From Octopus bimaculoides (taxonomy: Eukaryota): a stretch of 64,000 bases of DNA. This document shows, one piece after another, positions 12,375 to 25,218 of this stretch. The stretch is taken from NCBI RefSeq assembly GCF_001194135.2, contig NC_068993.1:38931566-38995565 (forward strand), in the 5' to 3' direction. The notes under the pieces were generated by a model, which had not been told where the DNA came from, searched no databases, and saw only the letters and a program-made list of their open reading frames with translations. The position numbers and the translations under genes were made by a program. Every line of letters starts with the position of its first letter. Positions within the stretch are counted from its first letter, which is position 1.

Positions 12375-13165
12375 AAACGTCAAAGACTTTCTCTATTCCC
12401 GAGCGTTAAACTAATACACCCATTTGTTGTTTACACCACCTGTCTTCGTCTGTTGTTTTTTCGTAAAATCTCCCANNNNNNNNNNNNNNNNNNNNNNNNN
12501 NNNNNNNNNNNNNNNNNNNNNNNNNNNNNNNNNNNNNNNNNNNNNNNNNNNNNNNNNNNNNNNNNNNNNNNNNNNNNNNNNNNNNNNNNNNNNNNNNNNN
12601 NNNNNNNNNNNNNNNNNNNNNNNNNNNNNNNNNNNNNNNNNNNNNNNNNNNNNNNNNNNNNNNNNNNNNNNNNNNNNNNNNNNNNNNNNNNNNNNNNNNN
12701 NNNNNNNNNNNNNNNNNNNNNNNNNNNNNNNNNNNNNNNNNNNNNNNNNNNNNNNNNNNNNNNNNNNNNNNNNNNNNNNNNNNNNNNNNNNNNNNNNNNN
12801 NNNNNNNNNNNNNNNNNNNNNNNNNNNNNNNNNNNNNNNNNNNNNNNNNNNNNNNNNNNNNNNNNNNNNNNNNNNNNNNNNNNNNNNNNNNNNNNNNNNN
12901 NNNNNNNNNNNNNNNNNNNNNNNNNNNNNNNNNNNNNNNNNNNNNNNNNNNNNNNNNNNNNNNNNNNNNNNNNNNNNNNNNNNNNNNNNNNNNNNNNNNN
13001 NNNNNNNNNNNNNNNNAATCGTGGCTAAGCGGTCTTTTGTTTTTAGCTGTAAAGGACACGATTTCTTATGTCCTTTCTTTACTAAAGACAATAAGTTGCT
13101 AATGACGAAAGTTTAGCTGTCATTTCAAGCAGACCTTGCAGCAACAAAAGGCGAGTATTTTATTC

Positions 13166-13337
13166 GGCGCGCAAACGATTCTTGAAATTTCTGGGGAGGT
13201 GGGCTATTCGATTAGATCGACCCCAGTACGTAATTGGTACTTAATTTATCGACCCCGAAAGGATGAAAAGCAATTTCGGTGGAATATGAACTCAGAACGT
13301 AAAGACAGACGAAATACCATTAAACATTTCGCCGCCT
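13166..13337 (-). mobile_element. SINE family A
   Basis: Reverse-complement core TTAATTTATCGACCCCGAAAGGATGAAAAGC. Confidence 0.8.
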
Positions 13338-13739
13338 TAAATTTGGTTATCATTACAAGCTTGTTGAGTAGCCATATACAGGTTCTCCCATTTCTGCTAG
13401 GAGTCGTGACGAGAATTCTTGACTTATGATTCCTAGAAGAACATTAAATGACTTTATCAAATTAATGTAACGCTAACGAATCCAAAGATTCTAGTTTTAG
13501 ATTCGTTTGAAAATCATATCCAGAAATCTATTATAGAGACGTCAACTGAGCAAATGCTACATAAATGGAAATGCTCTGCGTTTGATGGATGGTGTGAGCT
13601 GGGAAAAACAAAGTCCTTGTTTCTGTATTGAAGAAATTGGATTCATTAAACTAGGAGTCAGTTGCAACTGTCGATACTCCCCCCCCTCTCTCTCACTCTC
13701 TCACGTTTCTCGGAGAAAAAGTTCATTCGTTTATTGAAA

Positions 13740-13958
13740 ATGATTTCAAATTTTGGCACAAAGCCAGCAATGTTGAGGTGAAGGTGTGAGCCGATTACAC
13801 CGACTCCAGTACCCAACTGGTATCTATTTTATCGACCCCGAAAGGATGAAAGACAAAGTCGACTTCGGCGGTATTTGAACACAGATCGTAAAGAACCGGA
13901 AGACATGCTGCTAAGCATTTCATCTGATTCGGTTAAGACTCTGCCAGTTCACCTCCTA
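13740..13958 (-). mobile_element. SINE family A
   Basis: Full-length reverse-complement copy. Confidence 0.85.
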
Positions 13959-14521
13959 AATATAGCAGTCAAGGATTAACATTTTAGATGATGTAGCTGA
14001 GGGGCCACGTGATCATCATTTCTTATTTAAGGAATAATGAATCTAGACTATCCAATGCCTACTTTAAGACAATAGGGAATGAATTTAGACAGACTTAGTT
14101 ATTATATCTAGAAAGTCGAGCTACCACGTAAAAGCTCTCTCATTGACACGCTATTGTGTTTGTATGGCGGCACAATTTCAGTTAATATTGTTATTATTGT
14201 TGTTGAGGTTGATGTTTAGGCTCGTGTTAGTTCTTAATTATCAGACATATTCATCAGACTATTTCCTTTTTCCTTCTTTTCCAGACCTAGAGTACATAGG
14301 ACTTCCTTATGAATTGTAGCAGGCACTTGAGGGGATTTTCTGTTACTTTCAGCAGGCCGAGAAACCATATAAAGTACGATCGTTGATTCGCTGAAGTTAC
14401 CTCCTGGCTTCTGATGAGCTTTGTACCATTTCGATCAAGTTCCCAGTTTAGAACCACGGCTATAAATAGCACGACCAGCCACCAGAAATTAATTGTCATC
14501 ATAAAAAGCATTAATGCTTAC

Positions 14522-14564
14522 CTGAGCATGGTTCCACTGATTTGTAACAAAAACAATGAGAGAC
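14522..14564 (-). CDS. Candidate 43-nt exon
   Basis: TTTCAG|GTCTCTC...ATGCTCAG|GTAAGC (strong donor); open in all three frames; in phase 1 after the 18102-18190 exon it reads GLSLFLLQISGTMLR. Confidence 0.35.
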
Positions 14565-15237
14565 CTGAAAGTAAGTTTTGTGAAAGTTCTTGCCAAATAG
14601 TTCAGCCGAAAGTTCTAGAAGCTTAACTAAATATTATAAAAACTGGGACATCGAACTCTTAAACAGAACAAACTCAGGTGCTACGCAGAATGAGCAAACA
14701 ATTTTGTAATAAGGTGTTCTCATACTTTTAACTTATTCTGTCTTGAATAACCATGAACAATTTTCATATAAATAACTAAAATATCTATACAATGAAAACT
14801 TTTAACGTTCACATTCACAATCTCGTGTATCAAGTTATATTCAAACAATTGTTGTACATATGCAAACGGAAATGTTCCGAGTAATAAAACATATAGAAAC
14901 TTATACTAATATTAACATAGTCATTCTCAACTTCACATGCAACCTACCTAATATTGTGTACAGCCGACACCGATTTAGTAACCAATCCACTTTTTAAGAC
15001 AGCCAAGTGTGACGTGAAGGAGATTTGGCTGTTACTTTTAGCAGGGTAAGTAGCCATATAAAGGTACCATCGTTGACTGTCTGAAGTCGATGTTATTTTT
15101 CTTTTTCTTCGATATGGTTCAGACCCCACCTTTTAAAGCTAAGACAAATTGAAGAGGTAGGAGGTTCTGCCTGATACACACTGCATAGATACGTTATCGG
15201 AGTGCTCCAGACTACATGTAAGTATTTACCCCAACCA

Positions 15238-15319
<82 letters not shown>

Positions 15320-15324
<5 letters not shown>

Positions 15325-15600
15325 GTCACAAAATTCGGCTTCGGCATTGAATATGTTGAGATGGTCTTTATCTGGGAAGTTTTTGGCAATCTCATTCCTA
15401 TCTTCTGTTTTTGCCTGAAACTTCTCGTTGTCGAATATGATCCTCGCTAACACTTCCTCCTTCGCATGCATGCTTGCCCTAAATTCTGGTCTTCAGCTAT
15501 CTTTTTTCTCCAGTTGTTAGGAAGGATGTTGCTGTTTGTTACTGATGTTAGCCAATAGAAGAGTTAATGGCGAAGCCTACAGACAACACTTCTACGTATT
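15320..15600 (-). mobile_element. RTE-clade LINE AP-endonuclease relic
   Basis: Across frameshifts: LSVGFAINSSI (cf. GVGFAIKNSL), TGEKR*LKTRI (cf. VSERILxLRL), EIAKNFPDKDHLNIFNAEA (cf. IPKxDxLIILGDFNARVG); bounded by (CT)n and (CA)n tracts. Confidence 0.5.
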
Positions 15601-15604
15601 CCAA

Positions 15605-15679
<75 letters not shown>

Positions 15680-16490
15680 ACAAGGAAATATACATCAATA
15701 CATCAATACATTGCGTGTATGTGTATATATGTGAGTATATATTTGTGCAAACGGGAATTGATGGCAATACTGGAAAAAGATGCATGTCTATAAGGATGTA
15801 TTTGAATCAGAGTGGACAATGTACATTTTAGCATTTCCAGGAATTCATTTATTCCAACACGCACGCACAAACACGCGCGCATACACACACATACATACAT
15901 ACACGTACACACACGTACACGCACATATATATGTACGCATAACCGCTCACACATACACAAACACACACGTACGCGCAACCTCACACACATATATCCAAGG
16001 TGAGTGCGTGTGTGTGTGTGTTGTGTGGTGGGGGTATACATTTGAACTGAGAGTAAATCGAAGCAAAGTTGGGATTTTTCCCTCTTTTGTTTTCTGTCTC
16101 CAATAGCGCTGAAATCTTCCAAATATGCTGCTAAAGAATAGAATTGCACGAAGAACGAACAATGGCGAAAATAATAGAGAATACTGTATTGTGCTACTAT
16201 CAGTAGCCTAACTCGGTTCATTGTCATCTGATTCTCAGAAGTCAAATGACAAACATAATATCGCACCGTTCTCTCGTTGTTGTGCTGAATGGCTGCGGTG
16301 ATTCTATAGCTCAGCACCGCACCAGGCTGCAGAAATATAGAATTGTGACAGAGTTAAGTGTATGCAAACAGAAGACGGCTTAATGAAAAGAACAAAGATA
16401 TTCAATTGCTTTTTACAGAAGGCACCAGGGTATTTGGAAAAATCAAGGACAATCATGTTACCAAACTAGAATGGTTTTTCAGAATATCAT

Positions 16491-16562
<72 letters not shown>

Positions 16563-16732
16563 GAGAGAGAGAAAGAGAGAGAGAGAGAAGATAAAAGAAA
16601 GGAAGAAAGAGAGAGAGGTGAGAAGAAAATTGGGTTTGAGGGTGAAAGAGACAGTAACAAAGAGATGTTGAGAGCAAGAAAAATAAAATTAAAAAATGAT
16701 CTAGAAATGCCTTTTTTTTCTTTGATATACAC

Positions 16733-16791
<59 letters not shown>

Positions 16792-17194
16792 TAGAATATT
16801 TTTTTACGTTTTTAGGAAACAAAGATAAAGGGAGAAAAAGAAAATATCCCCAGAAAACTAAAACCAACCAGTGGAAAAGAAAAAAAAACACAGTAAGGAA
16901 AATATAAAAATTAAAAAGAAAATGAGGGAAGCAGGAAAATGAAAAATTCCCATGTATTTGACAAAAAAATAAATATAGAGAATTAAAAAAAAAAACAATG
17001 ACAAAGAAATAATAAAAAAACACAGTAGCTGTCATCGGGTCAGATTGATGGAAACGAAATGAGTCATGTTAGAATGGTAATAGTGCTGTTACCGATGATC
17101 AATAATGGCGGCTATTGGAATTGAGGAGAAGCATTAATAAGCCAAACAATAAAACTACAACGACAGCAACAACAACATTAACAATGGTGGTGAG

Positions 17195-17227
<33 letters not shown>

Positions 17228-17323
17228 ATTAACAATAGCAAATAGAACAGTAATATAATGAAATAATAAAATAAAGAGAAGCGGAATACAAGAAAACGAA
17301 AATGAGCGGTAAAAGCATATATA

Positions 17324-17354
<31 letters not shown>

Positions 17355-17399
17355 ATACACATGTATATATGCATACATATACGCGCACATATTTGTTTG

Positions 17400-17459
<60 letters not shown>

Positions 17460-17779
17460 GAGCAACATGCATACATGTACATCCATTTGTGTAGATAGAC
17501 ATATAGACATAAATAAATATATAAGCAGTCACACAAACATGCATATATATACGAACACATACATACGTATACATAATATATAAACACATGTTCGTACACA
17601 GACACACACATATACACACATACATATGATCAAATATACATACACATGCGCACACATATTTGGATATATGCATATATATGTATAGACACACACATACTAG
17701 CAGACACGCAAACATACATGATGCAAATAAATAGAATAAAATACATTGTTTTCTAACAACAACGATGACAACGGCACCG

Positions 17780-17860
17780 CAAACGTCGACGCTGCCGCCG
17801 CTGCCGCCGCTGCCGCCGCCGCCGCCGCCGTCACCGCTACCACCGCCGTCGCCGCTGCCA
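17780..17860. repeat. GC-rich (GCC)n/(GCT)n trinucleotide tract
   Basis: GCTGCCGCCGCTGCCGCC... ~80 bp; the only CGG-type run in the window. Confidence 0.9.
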
Positions 17861-18101
17861 TAGTCTTTTCCTTTGCCTACTCCCTTTCTCACCACCACCA
17901 TAACCATCACCTTGTTGTTGTTGTTGTTCTTCTTCTTCTTACCTCCCACTATCCATCCATCCATCCATCTCACCGGCCAACCAACTAACCATCCAACCAA
18001 CTAACAAACAAACAAACAAGAAAACCAACCAACTAACCAGTCGGCCAACCTACCATCTAACTCAACACTCCCCACCACAACCACCCCCACCCCCACCATA
18101 C

Positions 18102-18190
18102 CAGCGAAAACCAGCGACTCCTTTATTTCGATGCCGCTGCTCTGTTGAAACGACCGACTGTTGCGAAGGCTGGTCAGTGCCATTGTCTAC
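18102..18190 (-). CDS. Candidate first coding exon (ATG at 18183): MALTSLRNSRSFQQSSGIEIKESLVFA(G)
   Basis: Acceptor TTGTTCTATTACCAG, donor CTG|GTATGG, Kozak context ACAATGG with an in-frame TAG just upstream of the ATG, intronic G-runs after the donor. An alternative open frame reads VDNGTDQPSQQSVVSTEQRHRNKGVAGFR. No recognised homology. Confidence 0.45.
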
Positions 18191-18679
18191 CTGGTAATAG
18201 AACAAGTTCTGGAATTTAAGCCAACTTTTGATAAAGCGTCATTCGTGTGCTTCAGCTAATCCATTTATTTCGGCTTAATTTACTCGTCTTTGTGTTAGTT
18301 CCAAAGAAATTCAACATGAACATTTCACTGTTTTCTCCCTTTCTTCTTCATTTTCATCATTTTTGTTGTTTCTCTACATGTTATATAGTATGTCTGTCTG
18401 TATATATATGCATATATGCTGACGTATTTGTGTGTATGTGTAAACGTACGTGTACATACGTCTGTGTATGTGTGATGCGGTTACTACGTTTGTTTCTATG
18501 TTACGTATCTTAAAGGAGTTTACGTGTGGTTTGTCAGTCTGTTTGTCTGTCTATGACTGTCCTTATATGTGGAAGTCGTTATTATTGTGGCTCGTTCCAA
18601 GGGTTGTCTTGTGTTTTTGATTGTTTTTTTCCTAATTTTTATTTCTTTCCTCCAACAGAAGAGTTCTTTATGTTTCATC

Positions 18680-18703
18680 CTCCTCATCATCATCAGCCTC
18701 CTC

Positions 18704-18753
<50 letters not shown>

Positions 18754-18774
18754 TCATCGTCGTATCATCATCGG

Positions 18775-18844
<70 letters not shown>

Positions 18845-18967
18845 GTCTTTTAAAGAACACAATAGCTATTTTCTGCATACAACACAATGCTTTCACAGAA
18901 AAATTCCTGGTCTTTTTTCGTTACCCACCCACCCACCATCCCACATTTTTGTACATTTTAGGGGAGA

Positions 18968-19028
<61 letters not shown>

Positions 19029-19697
19029 GTTATTATTGCTATTATTATTGTCGTTCTTATTGGCGCTGCTGTTGGTGTTGTTTCTTTTGGCTCGTGTCCT
19101 TCTTATTTCTCTTCCTCCCCTCACTATTCTCTCTCTATTTTTTCCGTTTTGTACGAAATATTTTTTTTTCCAGAAAGAAAAGACGTTTGAGGAAAAAACA
19201 AAACAACAATACATTTTTCATTTATATTTTAATTTTGGTTTTCTTTTTTTTTTCATTGTTGTTATTGATGATGCTGTTTCTTTTTTGCTTTTTTGTTTTT
19301 TTGTTTTTGTTCTAACCAAAAAAAACCATGATCGTCATCGTTCTCCTCCTCCTCTTCCTACTCATCATCATCGCCTTCATGATCATCACCATCCTGCCCC
19401 TCCTCATTACCATTATAGTCGTCATCATAATCATTACCGTGGCCATCGTCGTCGTCGTCCTCCTCCTCCTCCTTCTCCTCTTCATCATCATCATCATTAT
19501 CACCACCACTACAACCACTACCACTGCCACCATCCACCACCACCATCCTCCTCCTTCTCATCATCATTCTTCTCCTCTTCCCTCTCATCGTCCTCCCCTT
19601 CGTATTCCTGCTCATCATCATTATTATCATCATCATCATCGTCATCATCATCATCATCATCATCATCGTCGTCATCATCATCACCATCTTCATCATC

Positions 19698-19732
<35 letters not shown>

Positions 19733-19867
19733 TATTGTCATCATATTTTTCATTATTGACATCGTTATTATAGTCCTTATTTTGATTGTGATAGTCAGCA
19801 CCACCATTATCAGCACAATTGTTATCAACATCATCATCATCATCATCATCAATTGCAAAGATTTTGA

Positions 19868-19910
<43 letters not shown>

Positions 19911-19940
19911 GTTGTTGTTGTTGTTGTTGTTGTTGGTTGT
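18680..19940. repeat. Mosaic (CAT)n/(TAT)n/(CCT)n/(GTT)n trinucleotide field
   Basis: Direct inspection; explains the stop-free homopolymeric ORFs in the track. Confidence 0.95.
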
Positions 19941-20931
19941 TGACAACCTCAGACGTTTGTTTTCGGGCTCCACAATTTTGGGCTGAATAGATGGTAGAAC
20001 AGGCGTGATTTGCATCATTATTATTTTATTATTATGTTTGTCTCCTTTTTTCTTTCTTTTTTTTTTCTTTTTCGTATTATGAAATTGCGGTGCTATGAAA
20101 GTCAAGGAGAAAAACGCTTTTCACTATTTACTCTTTTTCTCTATCCTCTCTCTTTCTCTCGCAATATCTTTTTCTATCTCTACTTCTCCTATCTCTTTAT
20201 TTTTCTTTCTTCCTCTCCGTATTACACACATAACATACACATACTTTAACAGAAAACTGAAAGTTGCTTTATGTCGATGGCAAGCAAGAAAAGAAATTGA
20301 GAATTTGCTGCTGGCTGCTTCTGTAAAAGTCAACAGAATTTACTGAGCAACTGATGACAGCTAGAGTAGATTAAAACCGATATGAGAAGGCTTTAGGTGA
20401 TAACAATTCCGGCAGGCATGAATGAACAGGAGCAAGAAGGGGAAAAAAAAGAGTATATTTTGTGACGGCAATTTGAAAAAGAAAAAAAAATGGTGTTAAC
20501 AACAGTAGTAAAAGTACAACAACAACAACTGCAACAGCAAAAACAATAAAAATGATAATTGTAAAATAAAATCAGGAGAGAGAGCAAAACACCCAAAACA
20601 AAGTAAGTTTAACAATGGCAGAATTGAAGCGAGAGAAATGAAGCGAATGTAACAGCATTAAGATTGGCATCGAAAAGAGATGCGAAGAGAACAGCAACGA
20701 CGTTGATAATAACGACATAACAAGAGCAAGCAGAAGCTCTAACAGCTATACTTCACACTTGGCAAATAGCATCAGTAATGTCTTGTTTGCCCGAGTTGTT
20801 TGGTAGTGGACAGGGGAGGAGTAGATTAGGTCTGATGTGCGCAGATGTAGATGATATCAGACTGTATGTTAGTGAAATGGTATTGTAATAGAGATACTGC
20901 TGAATGCTGGTTTAGTTTACTTGTAGGGAAG

Positions 20932-21180
20932 ATACGTGGCCAAGTGGCTGGAAGTATTGGGATCGCGACCACCTGACTGCGGTTTCGATTCTCAGATTCG
21001 AGTGTTGCGTTGCGTCCTTGAGCAAAACTCTTCGTTTAACTTTGCTTCAGTTTGCACGGACAAAAATGGGCAACAGCTGCGCATTTACCCAACGATGGAT
21101 TGACGACCCATGCAAGGATTGAAGACTATTGTATTCTTTGTCGCTTACATGCCATAAAAACCGGCATAATCATTGGCCTA
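20932..21180 (+). mobile_element. Old tRNA-derived SINE related to family C
   Basis: CGTGGCCAAGTGGCTGG..GGTTTCGATTCTCAGA..GTGTTGCGTTGCGTCCTTGAGCAAAAC. Confidence 0.6.
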
Positions 21181-21713
21181 ATGGACCTGTAGGCTCGAGT
21201 GACATTTTAACTTAACTTCTATTTGCGGTAATTGGGATGTCCTTTCTTTTCCCATAATAATGAAGAAAAAGAAAAACCGTTACCTGTTTCCACCCCAAAT
21301 AACTACTGTGTTACAGATTGCCAGTTACCTCTGCGGTGAGGGTTTATGGTCGAATACTCCTCGCTCTCCTATAACAATACCACGAACAAGATGTTTTTGT
21401 CTAGTCATTTGAATTTAAAGAAAGTTAATTCGCGTAACGAGGGCCATTTAGTGAAACCTGGATGATTCGCTGCTCATGTTGAATATAACTGCTTCAAAGA
21501 ACTACATTTAGGTAACGTGATAGTTGTATCTAGTGAAGGAAAAAAAAACCCAATAGGAACATGTGCATTTCAGTTACGAGATTTGGGTAACCTTTTGCAG
21601 AAGTATATGAGAGTATATAAATGTCTCTTAAATGTATTCTTAGAATTTCAATTGATTTTCAGATATACACAAGATTACGTGACTAATTCAGGATGTCAAT
21701 AATTTAGTTGCTG

Positions 21714-21896
21714 AAGGTGGTGAGCTGGCAGAATCGTTAGCACACCGGGCGAAATGCTTAGCGGCATTTCATCCGTCTTTACGTTCAGCTTTCAAATTCG
21801 GGATCGATAGAATAAGTATCAGCTGAGCGCTTGGGTCGATGTAATAGACTTATCCCTCCCCCAAACCTGTTGGCCTTGTGCCAAAATTTGAAACCA
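21714..21896 (+). mobile_element. SINE family A with internal deletion
   Basis: Head and tail present; core GTCGACTTTGCCTTTCATCC missing. Confidence 0.8.
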
Positions 21897-22548
21897 GTAA
21901 TCTAGTTGTTGAGTACGTATATAAAATAAATAATGGTTATGCTCAAGTATATATCCGATTAATGATTCTCGTCTTAGAAATCATTAGTGGAGGAGGGATA
22001 CGCAAGTGGAATTTACATATCTCTACGACACAAAGAGCTATAGAGGCAACAGTTTTACTACAGGCAGATTTAACCTAGCTCTACCAGTTTGAAGACAAAA
22101 TATGAATCAGCATCGGATTCCTTTGAAAGCAGCATGGTGAATGTGTAATGTTGTTACAGGAATCAATGGTGAAAGCCACAAGCCGTTGAAAGATGGAATT
22201 ATATCGATGATATTGATTAAGGTCACCTAGTTCTGAAAGTAGACCACTGCTGGCATTTAAAGAACTGGCGACCATAGATATGTTTCAGCAACCGAACGAT
22301 TCGGTTAATCCAAACAAGCTCAATTCAATAATGATAAGTATGTTGAGATTTGTTTGGAATCAATGAAGGGATCTATCATGCCACAAGATCGTTTTCTGCT
22401 CGGCCAACTTAACTATATCAACAAGACATAGGCCTGACCATTAATATAAGCCTTTCCAACCTTTCTCAGAACGTGGCACATCCGGATAATATAACAACAT
22501 TTTGCGATGCACTCATTGATAACTAACCGCAATGTCCTAAGTCATATT

Positions 22549-22761
22549 GGTTTCAAATTTTGCTACAGCACCAGCAATTTCAGGAGAGAAGATAAGGCGA
22601 TTACATCGACCCCAGTGATCAACTAGCACTTATTTTATCGATCCCGAAAGGATAAAGGCAAAGTAGACCTCAGCGCAATTTGGACTCAGAACGTAAAGAC
22701 GGACGAAATGCCCCTAAGCATTTTTCGCGGCATGCTAACGTTTCTGCCACCTCGCCGCCCT
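22549..22761 (-). mobile_element. SINE family A with perfect 18-bp TSD
   Basis: AATGTCCTAAGTCATATT at 22531-22548 and 22762-22779 flanks a full-length copy. Confidence 0.93.
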
Positions 22762-23759
22762 AATGTCCTAAGTCATATTAATATAGAAAATCTATTGAAG
22801 AAGGAAAATAATGAGCCACTAATTCGCAGCTGAGTCATAGACTCATACATTAGTGCCTGTAATACTTCTGCATCTTGCACTACAATCCCACCGCCCTCCC
22901 CGACCAATAACAAAAAAAATAAAAAAGGAACACCAACCGGCATATGCTGAAGTCACACCTTTGAATGGTATTTCTCCAAGACACCGACTTACAAGAGAAA
23001 GTATTTATCCTGCTCTTCGAAACAAGTTTTCTTTCTTTCGCTAGATTGATTCATTAAGGAGATTTTAGTCAACCAAGTAAATATATTTGGGAAATATCTT
23101 TGTCGACCCGATCAACTATTGTCTGTTAAATGTTCAATGAATGCGGAGGGTTTTGCTGTCAAGAAAGAGAACAGTGCCATCCTTTTTTTATTTTGTTTTT
23201 CCAGTTCATAAACGTCGTAGCCTTTGATATGAAACAAAACGAATTAAGAAATGGAACGTTCATTGCCATGCAGAACTGTGTGAAGAAGTGGAATTATAGA
23301 AGTCTTGATTTGATGAAATTAATCACTTTTCTTTCCACAGTTGGATTAAGCACAGTGTGTAGATCGCGACATTAATGCTTCACGATGCTGAAAAGAAAAA
23401 AAAAATGGAAGTGGAATTGTGGCGATGTTTATCTGCTTTGCACAACGGACAAGGAAACCTTTCAGAGATCTTGTCACATCTTTTGTGCTGTCAGTTGATA
23501 TCGATTTGACTCTTCATTTTAGATATTTTGACGACAAATTTGCTCAGAATTATTAAACCTACGAAAAGGAGAAAATTGGAAGGATTTTATAACTAGGAAA
23601 CATGATCGTTAAATAAGCGTTTTCTAGGAACAAAGGAATGGAAGAGATATAAAATTCATACAAGGTTCTGTTTACTTGATTATGTCTATCATATTCTCGA
23701 ACCTTAAAAGTAAATTGAATCATAACAATAGAAGCTAAATACATCTCAATAGAATTATT

Positions 23760-24600
23760 CGAATCCCACCGAGGTTGGCTTTGTCTTGCATCCTTTTGGG
23801 ATAGATAAAATAAAGTACCAGTCTAAAGCACGGGGGTAAACAGTTTTCACTACGTCTCTTTCTCCTTGAAAAAATTACTGGCCTTGTGCCTGAATCAGAA
23901 CTCATTACTCTTAGTTGGGCGATGGATCCACAGTGTCATTGGATTGTCGGACAAAATTTCCTGAGGTATTTGGTTCGTCTCTTTATGCTATGAGTTCAAA
24001 TCCTGGCGGGTGTCTTTGTTTTTCAACTCTCCGGATTCATAAAATAAAGTACCTACCAAATTCTAAGATTGATGGCCTTGTACTTAAATTCGAACCCATT
24101 ATTACCATTATTACTAAGGCAGCGAAGTAGTATGTCGGACAAAATACTTAGCTGCATTTCGTCCGTCTTTATGTTGTGAGGTTGACTGCCAATCATCCTT
24201 CCGGGGTTGATGAAAAAAGTACCAGTTGAGTCCTGGGATCGAATATAATCCCAAAATGTCTGACTTTGTGCCTATAGTTATTACTCAAGATTAGCGGTAC
24301 AACAGTAGGATCATTACTTACTTTATATTTTCCGGCTCTTTATGTTCTGAGTTCAAATCCTGCCGACGCTTCGTTTCATACATCCAGAATCGAGAAAAAG
24401 GCACCAGGTAAGTACTGAGATCGATTTAATTCACTAACCCCTTTCCCCTCGGGTTTACTGAGCTTGTGTCTAAACAAGAACATTGAGAATGGGTTTGCAG
24501 AATCGTTAGAGCGTCGGGAAAAATGTTTTTCTTATTTTGAGACATTTAGTTACGGCTTTTAAGCTCCGAGTTCAAGCCATACTGAGGAGAGGTTTAATTT
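23760..24600 (+). mobile_element. Head-to-tail chain of about five diverged family A SINEs
   Basis: Repeated GAGTTCAAAT..TCATCC..ATAAAATAAAGTACC..GCCTTGTG motifs. Confidence 0.75.
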
Positions 24601-24646
24601 GTTTTCCAATTTTACAACGTCATTAAAAAAAAGTGAAAATAATTGA

Positions 24647-24838
24647 AGGCGCGTTGTTTAGTGGCTACAGTATTGCACTCACGATCATACGATTGTGGTT
24701 TCGATTCTTAGACCGGGCGATGCGCTGTGTTGTTGAGTAAAACATTTCATTTCACGTTACATTAGTCTACTCAGCTGTAAACGAGTGACCGGCGTCCCGT
24801 ACAGGGAGATTTCAAGTCATTTATACGCCACGGAAACC
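24647..24838 (+). mobile_element. tRNA-derived SINE related to family C
   Basis: GGCGCGTTGTTTAGTGGCTA..GGTTTCGATTCTTAGACCGGGCGATGCGCTGTGTTGTTGAGTAAAAC..GCCACGGAAACC. Confidence 0.65.
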
Positions 24839-24914
24839 AGGTTTCTCCCGACAAATTTCAGGCCTTGTGACTATATTAAAAACTACTGTTATTATTTACT
24901 ATAAAGAGGGAAAT

Positions 24915-25141
24915 GCAGCGAGCTGGCAGAATCGCTAGCACGCCGGGCAAAATGCTCAGCAGCATTTCGTACACCTGTACGTTCTGGGTTCAAATTCCAA
25001 TGAATTTGGACTCAGACTTTGCCTTTCATTCCTTTCGAGGTCGATAAAATAAAATAAGTACCAGTTGAGCACTGGAGTCGATATAATTGACTTACCTCCT
25101 CCACTCGAAATTGCAGGCCAGGAACCAAAATTTGAAACCAT
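24915..25141 (+). mobile_element. SINE family A
   Basis: Full copy from GCAGCGAGCTGGCAGAATCG to AAATTTGAAACC. Confidence 0.85.
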
Positions 25142-25186
25142 TATTACCACAAGGAAGCAGTGAAGTTTCCTTACGCTCCCCGGCCT

Positions 25187-25218
<32 letters not shown>

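Noticed and set aside
16267-16326. 60-nt minus-strand exon candidate (PGAVLSYRITAAIQHNNERT)
   Set aside because: Acceptor acceptable but donor ACG|GTGCGA is poor and it is not phase-compatible with the ATG exon
18526-20105. Long ORFs (415 aa, 195 aa, etc.) of poly-H/Y/L/S/D/N
   Set aside because: Trinucleotide microsatellite field open in many frames on both strands; no splice or codon evidence
21990-22300. Possible LINE endonuclease (GRFNL ... GDHRYV)
   Set aside because: Only two weak motif-like words with multiple stops; not enough support
22820-22910. TGAGTCA, GC-box and CCAAT-like motifs as a promoter
   Set aside because: Short motifs expected by chance; no linked transcription start evidence
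23130-23390. Strong minus-strand acceptor at 23388 and an 81-aa plus ORF
   Set aside because: All frames stop quickly, no donor nearby; poly-T acceptors arise easily in AT-rich DNA
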